DNA of 62,551 bases, filler included, from Stramenopiles sp. TOSAG23-2 (Eukaryota), in the NCBI GenBank assembly GCA_900128395.1. It is 9 parts of 9 records of this genome, joined end to end, with 100 filler letters (N's around TTAATTAATTAA, not from the genome) between each part and the next. Parts side by side here need not be neighbours in the genome. Positions count along the whole stretch, not along the records: positions 34,068 to 42,456 come from LT650211.1; positions 42,557 to 50,943 come from LT650212.1; 7 more parts are not named here. One strand, 5' to 3'. Position 1 is the stretch's first letter, and each line of letters opens with the position of its first letter. This document shows positions 40,901 to 49,442 of this stretch, piece by piece. Made by a program: the position numbers and the translations under genes. The notes beneath the pieces are model-generated. The model saw only the letters and a list, made by a program, of their open reading frames with translations, had not been told where the DNA came from and ran no database searches.

Positions 40901-42454
40901 CCACATGTCGCACGATTTTGTTACTTCACAATAATTTTCTGGATCCGACGTTTCAAAATCACTCCAGGTCAGGCGAACTCGCAACCCTCTACCCCATCGT
41001 TGCCTTACCTCACCACTTGCCCTCCAATTATCAGACGTCCCCAATGTTGGATCGTAAAACTTTTCATCTGTAGCACCTTTTGCCCCATCTTTACGGTTAA
41101 AATCTACAGTAGCCGTACAGCGCTGCGCTTTAGTAGCACCTTGTATATAATCAACTTTTGGACCACCACCTACGCGCCACGGCGGCCAATCATTTGGATC
41201 AACTTGCGTTGGCCACGGAGGCTCTTGCTTCCAACCTTTGGTACAGTTCCAAAGTCTCCACACGGCAAGGACACGCAAAACTTGAGTACGACAGTCGCAC
41301 TCGAGACGACCAATGACATCTTTTGTTATTCTCCATTTATGATCTCTGGCACATTGGAGATTGTTTTCGATCGCTAAATTTATCTTTGAAGGATATCGAT
41401 TCCAATCAAGTCCATGATCTACGCTCTTAAAAAGCATCCCAGGAAATCTACCCTCTGGCTTTCCTACTTGGCTACCATCTATTCTGAAGCTAAATGCCAT
41501 TTTATTATCACAAGTTCCACCACAGACAGTGCATTGGCCATTTACTTGGGTACAAGAAAAAAATCGTATAACTTCGAAACGAGTGCCGATCCACGCTGAA
41601 GGAGTGGAACCACTTTCAAACTCCCCCCATAAACCACGACGTTGTGAATATGGTGATGAAAATACAGGCGTCTTTGAAAAAACGGCAGTTACGTCATACT
41701 TCCCATATACAACCTCGTATGATATCCTATCTATCCCATTGTAGTCAAACTTTAAACGGTCATTCAATATATTGATGTTTTCAGCATTAATGCCATCATT
41801 GCAATATTGATCATGCTGATTGACATTTCGAGGTCTTAACTCACCAGGTAATAAAAGATTTTCATGTATATACGGTGGAAGGAATGGATCAATGTTTTTT
41901 GCAAGCAGGCCACGACTCAAGGCATCGTTAGCCATCCGTCCATACATTGTACGGCCAGAACCAGCAGGGCAGAAGAATCCACTTGGGCACATCGAACGAA
42001 ATTTTTGGCCTTCCCCAGTACCTGGTGCACACTCATATCCTTCTGGGCACATTTGTGTAAACTTACTTCGTGGCGCCTCCAAGCTTACATCTGGTGTCGT
42101 ACCGAAATCGCAAACATATCCTTCAGGACATAATACGCTAGTTGCCGTCAAGGCAGTAGTACCCTCATCACACACATATCCCTCAGAACAAGCTTGTGCT
42201 TGCGCAGTACTTTCGTAATTACAAAATATGTCTGCCTCGCATGTTCCAACGATCCAATCATCGACTGCAACACCGACTTCTGCCGATTTTGTAACGTTGT
42301 AAACAAAGTAACCAGCGGTACAATTCCGACCAGGATTAAAAACACGTGCTACAGGTAGATCAATATATAAAGATCCTCTACCAAAATAGCCTTCGTATGT
42401 AAGGTCGCCATAACCTTGATGAAAGTTTCCTTTCGTTTGTATTGGGTATATAGG
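34916..42454 (-). CDS. Very large (>2500 aa) multipass membrane protein with GCC2/GCC3-like Cys repeats, long ectodomain and cytoplasmic coiled coil; 5'-truncated
   Basis: Repeats CSEGYVCDEGT, CPEGYVCDFGT, CPEGYECAPGT and CPSGFFCPAGS. About 10 hydrophobic segments at ~36800-38350, a CALC..CEQC pair, and an E/K/R coiled-coil tail. The frame is open from 42175 to the contig edge. Confidence 0.85.
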   Translation of the reverse strand, partial: PIYPIQTKGNFHQGYGDLTYEGYFGRGSLYIDLPVARVFNPGRNCTAGYFVYNVTKSAEVGVAVDDWIVGTCEADIFCNYESTAQAQACSEGYVCDEGTTALTATSVLCPEGYVCDFGTTPDVSLEAPRSKFTQMCPEGYECAPGTGEGQKFRSMCPSGFFCPAGSGRTMYGRMANDALSRGLLAKNIDPFLPPYIHENLLLPGELRPRNVNQHDQYCNDGINAENINILNDRLKFDYNGIDRISYEVVYGKYDVTAVFSKTPVFSSPYSQRRGLWGEFESGSTPSAWIGTRFEVIRFFSCTQVNGQCTVCGGTCDNKMAFSFRIDGSQVGKPEGRFPGMLFKSVDHGLDWNRYPSKINLAIENNLQCARDHKWRITKDVIGRLECDCRTQVLRVLAVWRLWNCTKGWKQEPPWPTQVDPNDWPPWRVGGGPKVDYIQGATKAQRCTATVDFNRKDGAKGATDEKFYDPTLGTSDNWRASGEVRQRWGRGLRVRLTWSDFETSDPENYCEVTKSCDMWNLKEGELPGTKTYYDYDALRTDIVEEYKKQNSQRLYGPRNTDGFDRFDPFTWDLHYAVELIENFGGEVPDIVDLNPNVISELDPEQYKLVPMRYDACLCESLLRCPNGTTSVRGAGSIFECQKAADEVLRRVVPARPDSPSWNRIENATDRSETHTGAEGEGMGTIPMFGFEVATFTMDLRKLEVNMTYDEHYQFGVYHDCIPCPIRYQCRPDDSGCIFPSEERQVEIGQMCYKEDDTGCCMCKRKRMPYYFEDFTNGLPEAFTPPKEYDFRFDMFPDNKHDIQQISVGALHNTTIVFVIELVHGLYYGSFAKTMYGIGTFNMFTPNRAIFSETCIEPCKYTGKHPYAESAVSWGGEKFVTGGMTGWGQEFCPKASHTGCLHYRTKQDMLQEGENLMCPEGSDGCNSGLYSFLAIIQDTDFLGNLYAPFNLPLSDDNKFELESTLLIDRIADWWVGDPLYEPEIFNDTNATMTPVMRSGGSEFVQEAEEAAVNETLGAQKMTRPNGFLQRFAKRDSLVVRAVDTTWWTKAQEGQGLKYLALPYLPFFSNCRGYDNHVYISKLLENHPNCTREKFADTQFVNEFFWEMAGYPERDFMENPVADACYLEYNEHKRLEEMWNQHADNNAELVITDYMFYSQPGKFDYSDVHPYEQLTSPTRINGMQGHFDKMGIKLSCIYEENIYVPAAETRWFEAPAEAVLFSFTKMPVNNADFIGVEKPDATEEEGAMPWGQNEHIGDLIEAEGLVEVAINGDTPGLITLIPRTVQIIIPYFQMSLHAKAIVKVDFKLFHFCTVTDVEADKETLKLANPPIYQCYDKSDSAGRDAVRSYDYVLEIHYFPMNWFDLLNAFEFQATIYIFIFILVGAATSFAGFIFWGMHRLLTRMKHPPPFRFTAMLKLVAPPPVIGVTLASAPVWAGYGALYLWLVFSESDQPLEKPNYVNFEGYTGDWQDQALLTTEGVEMYRAGRLGGAFLFMGMYLTMMGCKMFVPESADDHADDDTMAEVGGGDENFDDDEEEMLPPSEFWTPLLWKRTHMLLFCYGTCVGLLFLWEFSYSEFYSSNVMMWVVVLKFVQMLLDQVFASLLRENLLIAPILVTIEITEIMITLGSDSLMDFLQCYGLELGVLILERLYIDPGMKLAAKLMPKWQMMFKRRFQKKRHMTREQRAREEAEWKRINEEIALESEGIEPLLDSFGVYANETCAQILTPFINLHLFVFVSYTKIPDYYGIKSKDLLFYLYFAIIIIPFSFGADMFLLMAQELNQGWKVYDYVAYQNYRFQVREKRWQMAAWDTLDESIAEPLQAIDMMCFSSQFYFMTTLLTWGNMTSMYGISIILRFEYNPFADVALPMLMVGTWSLATLMNWLCRKIADQTKLWSRRSLQGTVDDEIAAKLAVGEGRQEDLEAERLELQAMNSERFRHRFLDRSRPWVLQHLVELLTPRTLQMPGADGRPVIEYIRDVYTDLMNMGEGRRRPGDRADISSDEGDDDLENMRRNWSKAPLSKPSAALLRYWLEKARMRRKLYKLVKGTIDRSVTDTCALCGRTTASGAKMRCDLSLDGKADDYALDVLIAGYEKTYPDREFDANLWSSYFRQHASFITRCEQCINLAEQSRKVPPGRRPGQGRKTRAQDFSDDDDDDEEQAVFEPMVVTRTSVEGKVMSKWLNAARRRLGGNFPRPNARAEMEEYAQKMRDYKLKKAREEAKAKGLISDDDDFDPDSKMEVGYINAASKALCQLWLIKAKESLILEKQKRLQNIRKELTRVSGLVTEEDDWFYGSELRLQGVALKQEGAELDETRRQLQADANSKSREIRDELESFQEEKNRQMEEEIAQIQEKMNQQRQAAMEKAEERVQEITRNKTRKAALFEKEEKLAPPEDRAKLAAQHKIALKKLDEAVAAERAKQSEILSKAEQAGEKDLGDKQKKRDQALRDRRDVVERKAQQLNEAVDENMRDRERDWQNRVNGWVLKAQRKIKAKEADDKAKADKEKERKKRKRMRK

Positions 42455-42456
42455 AC

Positions 42457-42556
42457 NNNNNNNNNNNNNNNNNNNNNNNNNNNNNNNNNNNNNNNNNNNN
42501 TTAATTAATTAANNNNNNNNNNNNNNNNNNNNNNNNNNNNNNNNNNNNNNNNNNNN
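42457..42556. other. Artificial contig spacer
   Basis: N44-TTAATTAATTAA-N44. Confidence 0.98.
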
Positions 42557-42557
42557 A

Positions 42558-45500
42558 ACTACTAATTTATGTACAATTAGTGCAAAATCAACGACAAAAT
42601 GTCCTGCTGGTTACCATCAAGGGCGTATGCCCGGCCGCTGCATACCTTGCGAGCCCGGTCGATTTCAAGGAAAAAGCACATTAGATTCAGATGTCGATGA
42701 TGATGGTGAGAAAATTACTGAATGTTCTATTTGCCCATCTGGAAAATATAGTGTTGGAACATCTGTAGACGGGACAATACTGGCATTAGCGTGTACCGCT
42801 TGCGAAGCTGGAAGGTATCAAAACAAAAAGGAACAAACATCTTGTAACGAGTGCAGTAAAGTTATTGCAAATAGTGACAGTGTAGAAATTGGAGCAAAGT
42901 CAAGTTCCGTGTGTAGTTGCGCAGTTGATTATTTCGATGCACGTATATCTTACAATAAATCGGATACAATTGAGTTGGACCCAAACAATCCTGATGAAAC
43001 ACGTTGCCAGCCATGCCCTAGAATTGAAAAAGGTGGTAAGGTGTGTGTTGATTGTTCAACGCCTGGTCAAACACGTGATAGCTTAGTTACGTTGCGTGGT
43101 TTTTACCGTCGAAACGTAGAGACACTAAAATATTTCCGATGTATGGATGTCGATTATCCAGGAACGGAAGAATCTACATCGTTAATGTGTTTGGGTGGGG
43201 TTGCAGGAGATGCTGTAGGGGAACTTAGAACTAGCGAAGAAAGAAGATTAACTGGAAAACCACCAAAAAATTCAAGTAGCGCGAAAATCTATAGTCAATG
43301 TGCAGAGGGACGAGTTGGGCCATTGTGTAATAATTGTGGTCCATTTGGCAAATATTTAGAAGTAAGAAGTAAAGAAGATGAAACTAAAACTATTTGCGTC
43401 TCTTGTGCTAAGTTGAATTCGACCATGCCAATTAATTACGATACATTGACAACACTTTTAGGATTGTTCTTCCTTTTCGCATTTTACTTAGGTGCTTTAA
43501 AATACATGACAGCAACAGGAATGATTTTCCAAATGATGGATGAGGACGATAGCGGAAGTATAGAGGTCGGAGAATATATTGATGCGGTGCGAACATATGC
43601 AGGGTACAGCAAGGACCAATTATCCAATAAAGAATTAGTACAAATTTTTAATGCGTTTGATATAGATGGTGACGGGGAAATACGTGAAAAGGTTTTTATG
43701 TCCTTATGGGCACATACCTATGAACGTGTTAGAAATCCAAAAGGTGCAAAGAAAAGTTTGGAAAGAGACGTGGAAAAAATTGTAACTGCGATGAACAAAA
43801 AGGAAAAAGACAAGGATATCAAACAAAGACGACAGACACACTTACGTGCATTTGGAGATTTGAACGTCAATGCAACATTTGAACAAGGAGTCAGGGAGAA
43901 CGAAGAACGGATAGAAGAAATGATTGAAAAAGAGGAAGAACGCGAATTAAATCGTTTAACGGACGCTGGCCAAGATATACACGGACAATCCGGGGACCAT
44001 ATGTCGAATGTTCATCATAACAAACCAACAGGAAAAGGTGTGAATGAAGAAGGGGTGAAAAAAACTGGCAGTGATAGTGGAACGACTGAAACTACAACTG
44101 AAGGCGATGGCACTGAAACGACTACTACAACGACGGAAGGGGGTGGTAATGAAATGACAACGACAACTACGGAAGGGGATGGCAATGAAACGACTACGAC
44201 AACTAAGGAAGGGGATGACGGTGGCGAAGAACCAACCGAGGGTGGCCAGGAAACAACTACAGCGGAGGTAAATAACGATGCAGTTAAACTGGATATTCAA
44301 ACGCCAGACATAGGTCTTAATGTTCAGGCACCAGATATTAAGATGCCGGATGTGAAAATGCCAGAGGTTAATGTGCCAAAAGTAAGCATACCTACAGGAT
44401 CAATGCCAACCATCAACTGGGACGGCCTTAAAAATATTGCGCCTACAATAAAAATTATATTTGGATGGGGACAAATTCTGTCTTCATTTAATTTAACGTT
44501 TACAATTTCATGGCCGCAATCTTTTGATGATTTAATGACAGCAATGTATATGCCATTTAATGTTGATATATTCGCTGCTTTTAAAGACTTGGGTTGCTCC
44601 GTTTCCTCCGACTATGTAACAGCATTTTATATGCACATGGCAATGTTGCCAATGTTACTTACGGTTATTTTAGCAGCTTGGATAACTGCTAAAATATACA
44701 AGCTGTTAATGTGTTGTAAATTATGCAAACCACATTACGATAATAAAACGTTGTACGCGAGGGTCTTGAAATTGACAAATTTACTTGTATTTTTCATGTA
44801 CCCTGGTCTAGGATTAAGAATTTTCAGAGTATTTGCAGTTGAATGTTATAGCCCTAAGATGATAGGTGATGATCCATTGAGGCCTGAATATAGCGAAACT
44901 GAGTGTGAATATGGCCAACAGTATATGAGGTCGGATTTAAGAATCAATACAGCAACTAGAGAATACAAAGATATGAGAGGTTTTGCTGTTTTTTTTATCC
45001 TTCTCTATGTTATTGGTATACCATCGATTTATATCCTAATTTTATACAAGAAAAGACACATCATTGCAAAGGACCCAGAGGATGGTGAACAAATTCATCC
45101 AGATGACCACCAAGAAGTAATGAAATGCAGAACGGAATTTGGTTCTATGTACAAGGATTACAAACGTAAATATTATTGGTTTGAACTTGTTGAGATGTTA
45201 CGAAAAATTTCACTAGTTGGTGCTTTAGTTTTGTTGAATGACAGTATTGGAATGCAAATCTTCGCTGGTATTATTATCTGCTTTGCCTACATCTTGCTTG
45301 CATCGTATTTGAAGCCATTGACTAGCAAGACGGATGCAGTTTTGCAATACATGACAAGTATACAATTATTTTTCACTTTGATTAGTGGTTTAATGCTAAA
45401 TTATCGTAACTTTGAGAAAGAAGATTGTACGAGTGACGAACCAGAAGACTGTATGACTTTTGCAGACTATTTCTTGGAAGTGGTCTTAATGTTAACAACT

Positions 45501-45686
45501 GTAATTGTCTTTGTTGTCATAGTCGCCGTTGTAGGATCATTGTTCACTGCTATAAAACAAATTAAAAAAGCAAAAGATGCTGAGAAAGCAGCAAAAAAAG
45601 AGGAGGAAGAAAAAGAAAAAAAAGAAAAAGAAAAAGAAGAAAAAGAACTTGAAGGAAACGACAAGGTAAAGACCGCAACATTGTAA
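42558..45686 (+). CDS. Cys-repeat (ephrin-receptor-like/GCC) multipass membrane protein with an EF-hand pair; 5'-truncated
   Basis: Repeats CEPGRFQ, CPSGKYS and CEAGRYQ; CAEGRVGPLCNNC; EF-hands DEDDSGSIEVGE and DIDGDGEIREKV; TM block KIIFGWGQILSSF..WP..YP..FGSMYKDYKRKYYWFELVEMLRK. The frame is open to the contig start. Confidence 0.85.
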   Translation, partial: TTNLCTISAKSTTKCPAGYHQGRMPGRCIPCEPGRFQGKSTLDSDVDDDGEKITECSICPSGKYSVGTSVDGTILALACTACEAGRYQNKKEQTSCNECSKVIANSDSVEIGAKSSSVCSCAVDYFDARISYNKSDTIELDPNNPDETRCQPCPRIEKGGKVCVDCSTPGQTRDSLVTLRGFYRRNVETLKYFRCMDVDYPGTEESTSLMCLGGVAGDAVGELRTSEERRLTGKPPKNSSSAKIYSQCAEGRVGPLCNNCGPFGKYLEVRSKEDETKTICVSCAKLNSTMPINYDTLTTLLGLFFLFAFYLGALKYMTATGMIFQMMDEDDSGSIEVGEYIDAVRTYAGYSKDQLSNKELVQIFNAFDIDGDGEIREKVFMSLWAHTYERVRNPKGAKKSLERDVEKIVTAMNKKEKDKDIKQRRQTHLRAFGDLNVNATFEQGVRENEERIEEMIEKEEERELNRLTDAGQDIHGQSGDHMSNVHHNKPTGKGVNEEGVKKTGSDSGTTETTTEGDGTETTTTTTEGGGNEMTTTTTEGDGNETTTTTKEGDDGGEEPTEGGQETTTAEVNNDAVKLDIQTPDIGLNVQAPDIKMPDVKMPEVNVPKVSIPTGSMPTINWDGLKNIAPTIKIIFGWGQILSSFNLTFTISWPQSFDDLMTAMYMPFNVDIFAAFKDLGCSVSSDYVTAFYMHMAMLPMLLTVILAAWITAKIYKLLMCCKLCKPHYDNKTLYARVLKLTNLLVFFMYPGLGLRIFRVFAVECYSPKMIGDDPLRPEYSETECEYGQQYMRSDLRINTATREYKDMRGFAVFFILLYVIGIPSIYILILYKKRHIIAKDPEDGEQIHPDDHQEVMKCRTEFGSMYKDYKRKYYWFELVEMLRKISLVGALVLLNDSIGMQIFAGIIICFAYILLASYLKPLTSKTDAVLQYMTSIQLFFTLISGLMLNYRNFEKEDCTSDEPEDCMTFADYFLEVVLMLTTVIVFVVIVAVVGSLFTAIKQIKKAKDAEKAAKKEEEEKEKKEKEKEEKELEGNDKVKTATL

Positions 45687-46059
45687 AAATGTTGTAATTG
45701 TTATTATTTAAGAGAATTGCAGAATTGCTCATTTAAAGATAATAAAAGATAAAAAATAAAAATAAATAAAAAGGAGAAATTAGAAGAAAACAAATAAAAA
45801 AAGAAAATAGAAAATAAATAATGGGATGATAATCTCTGGCCAGGCTGGTATTATAAAATAATCTGATAAATAAAACTGCTGCGTTGCAACCGGACAAAGA
45901 ATAGTTAGGAATACGGAGGATATTTGTACCGGTACATCAGTTTATATTGTTCAAATCATTTCGTTACAGATTTTTGTACATATGTGACACGTGCATCATA
46001 AATATTACATATATACATAAATACACACACACACACACACACATATATATATTATATAT

Positions 46060-46437
46060 ATGGGTGCATGTTGTTCCTCAGATGATGCTATAAATAAAAA
46101 TGCAAATAATAAAACTGGTAGGACAAGTGGTTATAGACCACCAAATAATAAAAAGAATAAGAATTGGGGAGGAGGGCAAGCTTTAGGTGGCAATAATAGT
46201 AACATCGGAGGTAAATCACCAGAACAAATACGTGCTGCAGCGTTGGAAGCAGCTGAGCAAAGACGACAGACAAATACTAAAGGAATTGATTCAAATAGGC
46301 ATAAACGAGAAGCATTAGTTGGAAAAATTTTATCTTATTATGCAAGTGCGGGTAAAGATCCACCAATAGGTCTTTCAGCAAGCCAAGATATAACTGCGTT
46401 AAAAAAGCATCTTGAACATGCAAAAAATTTGAAATAA
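46060..46437 (+). CDS. Small dually acylated protein (MGxCCS), SVIP-like
   Basis: N-terminal Gly2 with Cys4/Cys5/Ser6 (myristoyl/palmitoyl pattern). GGQALGG (SHP-box-like) and EQIRAAALEAAEQR (VIM-like RxxxxxAAxxR). Confidence 0.6.
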   Translation: MGACCSSDDAINKNANNKTGRTSGYRPPNNKKNKNWGGGQALGGNNSNIGGKSPEQIRAAALEAAEQRRQTNTKGIDSNRHKREALVGKILSYYASAGKDPPIGLSASQDITALKKHLEHAKNLK

Positions 46438-46702
46438 TTCATTATATGTATGGTAAATGGGTATGGTAAATTTTTACTGGTAATCCTTTTGTATTATTTA
46501 AATGGACACTATATTTACAATTAGTATTATATCATATATATATATACACAATATCTCATATTATATCATACACCTATGCATAATGAAAATAACAAAGTAT
46601 GATATGATATGCATATATTATTTATGCATAATTGATTTTTAAATAAAAATTATGATGGTTTAAAGAGATTATATTTGATATAATTATATCTTCTCTCTCT
46701 CC

Positions 46703-48667
46703 TCATTTTTTTTTATGTTTTTTACCTCCCCTTTTCCCTCTTTTCTTCCATTTACCTTTCCGCTTTTTATTCCCTTTATTAATAGTATTATTACCAACAC
46801 CTTCACTTACTACTGCTGCTGTAATTTTGCTACTTTGATTATTCTGTGTCTTTGCTTGAATACCAGCCATCCAACACCTGTCTTTAAATGAAACACCACG
46901 CAATTTTCCCCCATCTGCAAATGTCGCTTTTTTAGTCTGAGTGTTTTTATCCCTTTTAATGCCACTCAATGAAATCTTTTTCAGATCATTGCCATGTTCA
47001 GTTTTGTTAGACATAGAGTCATCTTCATTGTCAATTTCGCTATCACTACTACTGGTCCAACCAACATCATCTATATTACTACGAATTGGTAATGTAGCCA
47101 AATTTAGCGACCCATCAGAGTAAGATGTTGGTACCATCAATATCTCTTCATCCTTTGATATATAATTTAAGGCACTTCCATGACTAGGGTGTGATTTTTT
47201 CTTCTGTTTCTTTTTTTTTAGAGATTGTAAATCATTTTTGCCACTTGCAACGTATTCATCCCTCACCAACTGCAAATTAGGGTCGACTACTTGTTCATTG
47301 CTTTTTAATAATTCGATTAATTCGGTTGCTAAAAATGCAAAATTACGAGTAAAAAATGTATATCCCAAACCTGCTTGGCCTTGTCTTCCTGTACGGCCAA
47401 CGCGATGGACATACTGTTCCAAACGGCTCGGCATGTCCCAATTGACAACAATTTCTAAGTGTTTCATGTGTAATCCACGAGCGGCAACATCGGTAGCAAT
47501 CAACACATTCGTCTTTCCTGCTTTAAAATCATTTAATACTTTGGTACGTATATGTTGTTGTATTTTCCCATGTAGCGCGCCAACTTTAATATTTTGTTTC
47601 CTCAAGAATTGTTCCACAAAGATGACAGTTTTTATTTTATTGCAAAATACCAATACTAATGTTACATGCCGCTTTTTTACATCGTTTTTCCAAGTGTTTT
47701 TTAAAAATTTAATTAACTTCTTTGGCTTTTTGTGTTCAGCACAAACATGAACAACTTGAGTGACAGTAGGGCTGATTCCTAATTGGGAATTACCAATATT
47801 TTGCAACGTACCTTTCGTACTAATATCAATACGAGGACTTTGTATCCAACTATTGACAAATATATTTAAACGCTTTGGCAATGTTGCTGTAAACATGCAC
47901 GTATTAAAATCGTTATGTCGAAGATCCATGTGATGCTCTTTTGATGACGACGACGAGGAAGATGAGCACATCGATGACCGCTTCAGGTTGTGTATAAAAT
48001 TATATATTTCTTTCAATTGCTCTTCAAATCCTAGTTCCAACATTCGATCTGCCTCATCAAATATTAAAAATTGAAGTCTATGTAAAGTTATTGGCTTATT
48101 CGCTTTGCCTATCGATAGTAAATCGATTAAACGTCCCGGGGTTGCCACAACGATATGAGTCGCTAGCTTTAACTCTTCGATTTGTTCTTCTTTGCCAATA
48201 CCACCGCATATACAAACTGTCTTGATATTTGATAAGCGTTTAAATCGTTTTGCTACATGTGTGATCTGAATCGCTAACTCCCGAGTAGGAGCTAAAATTA
48301 AGGCAATCGGGCCTTGATTCAAGCCGGAAGCGGTAACCTTTGGTTCGACCTTTTCAATATGAATTACTAAAGGCAATAAAAATCCTAGAGTTTTCCCACT
48401 CCCAGTCGGAGCTACAGCAACCACATTTATCCTATTTAACATGGCTGGCCAGCATAATTGTTGCACCTCCGTCGGTTTCTCAATATGTTTTTTATTTAAA
48501 AATTTTTGTACTGCCACAGATAATTGTTTATCATTTATTGTTTCAATTGGTCGTATTACTACAGTTGTATTATTATTATTATCATTATCATTTGATTTTT
48601 GTTTTTTTTCATTCTTTAATTGTCTTTCCATACCACCATCATCTCTATCTCTTTTTTTATCATTCAT
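46703..48667 (-). CDS. DEAD-box ATP-dependent RNA helicase (Dbp3/DDX5-like clade, K-rich tail)
   Basis: Q motif PTEVQ, APTGSGKT, PTRELA, TPGRL, DEAD, TAT (motif III variant), TDVAARGL and HRVGRTGR. Confidence 0.95.
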   Translation of the reverse strand: MNDKKRDRDDGGMERQLKNEKKQKSNDNDNNNNTTVVIRPIETINDKQLSVAVQKFLNKKHIEKPTEVQQLCWPAMLNRINVVAVAPTGSGKTLGFLLPLVIHIEKVEPKVTASGLNQGPIALILAPTRELAIQITHVAKRFKRLSNIKTVCICGGIGKEEQIEELKLATHIVVATPGRLIDLLSIGKANKPITLHRLQFLIFDEADRMLELGFEEQLKEIYNFIHNLKRSSMCSSSSSSSSKEHHMDLRHNDFNTCMFTATLPKRLNIFVNSWIQSPRIDISTKGTLQNIGNSQLGISPTVTQVVHVCAEHKKPKKLIKFLKNTWKNDVKKRHVTLVLVFCNKIKTVIFVEQFLRKQNIKVGALHGKIQQHIRTKVLNDFKAGKTNVLIATDVAARGLHMKHLEIVVNWDMPSRLEQYVHRVGRTGRQGQAGLGYTFFTRNFAFLATELIELLKSNEQVVDPNLQLVRDEYVASGKNDLQSLKKKKQKKKSHPSHGSALNYISKDEEILMVPTSYSDGSLNLATLPIRSNIDDVGWTSSSDSEIDNEDDSMSNKTEHGNDLKKISLSGIKRDKNTQTKKATFADGGKLRGVSFKDRCWMAGIQAKTQNNQSSKITAAVVSEGVGNNTINKGNKKRKGKWKKRGKRGGKKHKKK

Positions 48668-48924
48668 TATTTGTCGTTATTGTGTATATTTAATAAAGTA
48701 ATGGTAATGGTTATAAGCTTTTACAATGTTTGAGTAGATGTGATGAATATTTATCAATAAATATTTATATTATTATTACATTATTGTCATACCAGAGGTA
48801 CTGTATATACCGTGTGCACATATCAAAAAAAAAAAAATTGATACTGTATTATTTTTTCTATCCTCTCGTCGGACAAAACTGCCCTAGAGCAGTTTTAAGG
48901 GATCTATATTTTATATTATAATAT

Positions 48925-49280
48925 ACCAGGTAGCCTGGGTAGCTCGAGCTACCAGGTACAGGTATAACCTATAATAAATAAATCCTAGAATAATAAGCAG
49001 ACGACAGTAGCAGGTACCTACAGTACAATAATGTGATGGATAGCTAGCTAGCTAGAGCTAGCTAGAGCTACATGTAGCCCAGCTAGCTCTAGCTAGAGCT
49101 AGCTCTACCACCAGGTGGTAGCCGGATAGTCTAGCTGGCTAGCTGGGCTAGCTAGCTAGCGCTAGAGCTAGCCCAGGCTAGCTGGGCTAGCTGGGCTAGC
49201 CTGATAGCTGCTAGCTGTGCGCTAAGGATATATTAGCCTGATGGATACTGGATAGCTAAGGAGAAGATATATTAGCCGTT
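48925..49280. repeat. Low-complexity AGCT/CTAG palindrome array in a divergent intergenic region
   Basis: Dense GCTAGCT/CTGGGCTAG units. Perfect palindromes at 48938-48953 and 49081-49104, and hairpin CTACCACC-A-GGTGGTAG at 49105-49121. Confidence 0.85.
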
Positions 49281-49442
49281 GCATATCACATGCTGTAGAA
49301 AATAGAAATGAACACATTTCTATATTTATTTTTATCGTGTATTACCATAACGTTCAATGAACAAAACAAATAGTAATTGAATTCTTGTTTTTTTAAAAGA
49401 AAAATCATAATCATTGTTATTCTTTTCACCCACTTTTAGAAT

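Noticed and set aside
48925..49280. CRISPR array or telomeric repeat
   Set aside because: There is no constant repeat with unique spacers, no cas genes, no fixed-period G-rich unit, and the position is internal.
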